From assembly GCF_032444005.1 (NCBI RefSeq), contig NC_091283.1:61132001-61196000 (forward strand): DNA of 64,000 nucleotides, in the 5' to 3' direction. Numbering within the stretch: position 1 is the stretch's first letter; every line of letters starts with the position of its first letter. The stretch comes from Ranitomeya imitator. Taxonomy: Eukaryota. The position numbers and the translations under genes were made by a program. Of this stretch, positions 61,931 to 64,000 are shown one piece after another. A model generated the notes under the pieces. That model made no database searches. It saw only the letters and a program-made list of their open reading frames with translations, and was not told the origin of the DNA.

Positions 61931-62454
61931 AGCTGCGTGTCCGTGTAGATTAGAATGAAACGTGAACTTTCCCTGAATCCTAGTGAGATTGTGATTGGCT
62001 GTCAGAGGCCCCTCATACAGGGGACACTGGGTAATGCAGTCCTAATGCAGCCCCTCTTCTCCTTTCTCCAAGCCAAACTACTACAAATCCCACAATCCCC
62101 AAACTGATCTCATTCAACATCACTTCCTCTCAGAATCCTATTTGGCTGCAAGGTATGGGCTGAAATGCTTTGTTAGATGAGTGCTTCTGTGTGTGCTCTA
62201 TGTATTTGTTCGCGCCCACATACGCCCTAGTATGTTGTATGACGGATCGACGTCCGTGTGTGTGAATGGAGATCACGATTGCCAGGTTGCACATCTCCAC
62301 TGCAGCTCTGCCCGCTCTGGGTCCTGCATGCCCATGCTAAGAAGCATAGGGACATGATAGGATTGGTTAGACTTACGTAGGTCTTTTTTCTTTTAGAATT
62401 TTTCATACAATTTTCATTCTGGTTACAGTTTTAGAAATAATTTTTCATTTTTGC

Positions 62455-64000
62455 AATTAGAACTTTAATTGTTCTTCTACATTAAAACAAAAATTATATC
62501 TGGTATTGATATATATAGAGAGAGAGACATTACAAACAGAGTGATCTATTTCATGTGTTTATTTCTGCTAATGTTGATGATTATGGGTTACAGCTAGTGA
62601 TGAGCGAGTATACTCGTTGCTCGGGTGATCTCCGAGTATTTGTGACTGCTCGGAGATTTAGTTTTTTTCACCGCAGCTGCATGATTTACGGCTGTTAGAC
62701 AGTTTGTTTACATGTGGGGATTCCCTAGCAACCAGGCAACCCCCACATGTACTCAGCCTGGCTAGCAGCCGTAAATCATGCAGCTGAGGGACGAAAACTA
62801 AATCTCCAGCACTAACAAATACTCGGAGACCACCCGAGCATGCTCGGGAAAACCCCGAGCAACGAATATACTCGCTCATCACTATTTACAGCCAATGAAA
62901 ATCCAAAAGTCATTATCTCAGTAAACTAGAATACTTTATAACACCAGCTTGAAAAATGATTTTAAAATCCGAAATGTTGTCCTACTGGAATGTATGATCA
63001 GTAAATGCTCTCAATACTTGGTCGGGGCTCTTTTTGTATCAGTTACTGCATCAATGCGGTGTGGCATGGAGGCGATCAGCCTGTGGCACTGCTGAGGGGT
63101 TATGGAAGCCCAGGTTGCTTTGATAGAAGCCTTCAGCTCATCTGCATTGTTGGGTCTGGTGTCTCTCATCTTCCTCTTGACAATACACAATAGATTCTCT
63201 ATGAGGTTAAGGTCAGGCGAGTTTGCTGCCAATCAAGCAAAGTGATACTGTTGTTATTAAACGATGTATTGGTACTTTTGGCAGTGTGGACAGGAGCCAA
63301 GTTCTGCTGGAGAATGACATTTCCATCTCCAAAAAGCTTGTTGGCAGAGGGAAGCATGAAGTGCTCTAAAATTTCCTGGTAGACGGCTGTGCTGACTTTG
63401 GTCTTGATAGAACACAGTGGACCCACACCAGCAGATGACACGGCTCCCCAAACCATCACTGATTGTGGAAACTTCACACTAGACCTCCAGCAGCTTGGAT
63501 TGTGGCCTCTCCACTCTTCCTCCAGACTCTGGGACCTCGATTTCCAAATTAAATGAAAAATTTACTTTCATCTGAAAAACACCTTGGGCCACTGACAACA
63601 GTCCAGTTCTTTTTCTCCTTGGCCCAGGTAAGACGCTTCTGGCGTTGTCTATTGGTCATGAGTGGCTTGACACCAGGAATGCGACACATGTAGCCCATGT
63701 CCTGGATATGTCTGTGTGTGGTGGCTCTTGAAGCAATGACCCCAGCAGCAGTCCCCTACTTGTGAATCTCCCCCACATTATTGAATGGCCTTTTCTTAAC
63801 AAACCTTTCAAGGCTGCGGTTATCCCGGTTGCTTGTGCACCTTTTGCTATCACACTTTTTTCTTCCACTCAACTTTCCATTAATACGCTTGGATACGGCA
63901 CTCTGTGAACAGCCAGCTTCTTTAGCAATGACCTTTTGTGGCTTCCCCTCCTTGTGGAGTGTGTCAGTGACACCTTCTGGACATCTGTCAAGTCAGCAGT
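62455..64000 (-). mobile_element. Tc1/mariner transposon, degenerate, running off the window end
   Basis: VMVWGAVS, ILQQNLAPVH and ANSPDLNLIENL in ORFs 63199..63477 and 63011..63232. hAT MITE inserted at 62595-62884. Confidence 0.9.

Noticed and set aside
25905-63230. repeated blocks at 25.9, 49.6 and 62.5-63.2 kb as locus duplication
   Set aside because: All are the same Tc1 family 3' end and TIR.

Overview
Eukaryotic, repeat-dense DNA, most likely from a frog. This is inferred from FAX-box/KRAB-like zinc-finger exons of the Xenopus XlCGF/XlCOF type and from the DIRS, Tf1/sushi, L2, Tc1 and MITE content. Four host genes lie on the minus strand. (1) A six-coding-exon gene (20194->1365, ~556 aa) splices an intact THAP domain in frame onto a FAX-like box, a KRAB-A-like exon, an acidic exon and four C2H2 fingers. 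(2-3) Two intact single-exon olfactory receptors (29243->28308 and 43399->42449). (4) A paralogous FAX/KRAB-like/4xC2H2 gene without THAP (57525->51210, ~400 aa). Both ZNF promoters share an identical 18-bp ACTACA/SBS (ZNF143-type) element, and each lies close to a large motif-bearing tandem array. Larger insertions are a composite DIRS element with mismatched termini (3165-9628), a self-priming Tf1/sushi chromovirus with both LTRs (12568-18401), an L2 fragment inside a Tc1, and a TSD-flanked ORF1-only 'half-L1' element (38078-40930). Also present are Penelope-type terminal repeats with a hammerhead ribozyme motif, a Helitron 3' end, Tc1 relics and many hAT/Harbinger/TTAA MITEs. Exon boundaries and TSDs were read by hand and family names were assigned from motifs without database searches.
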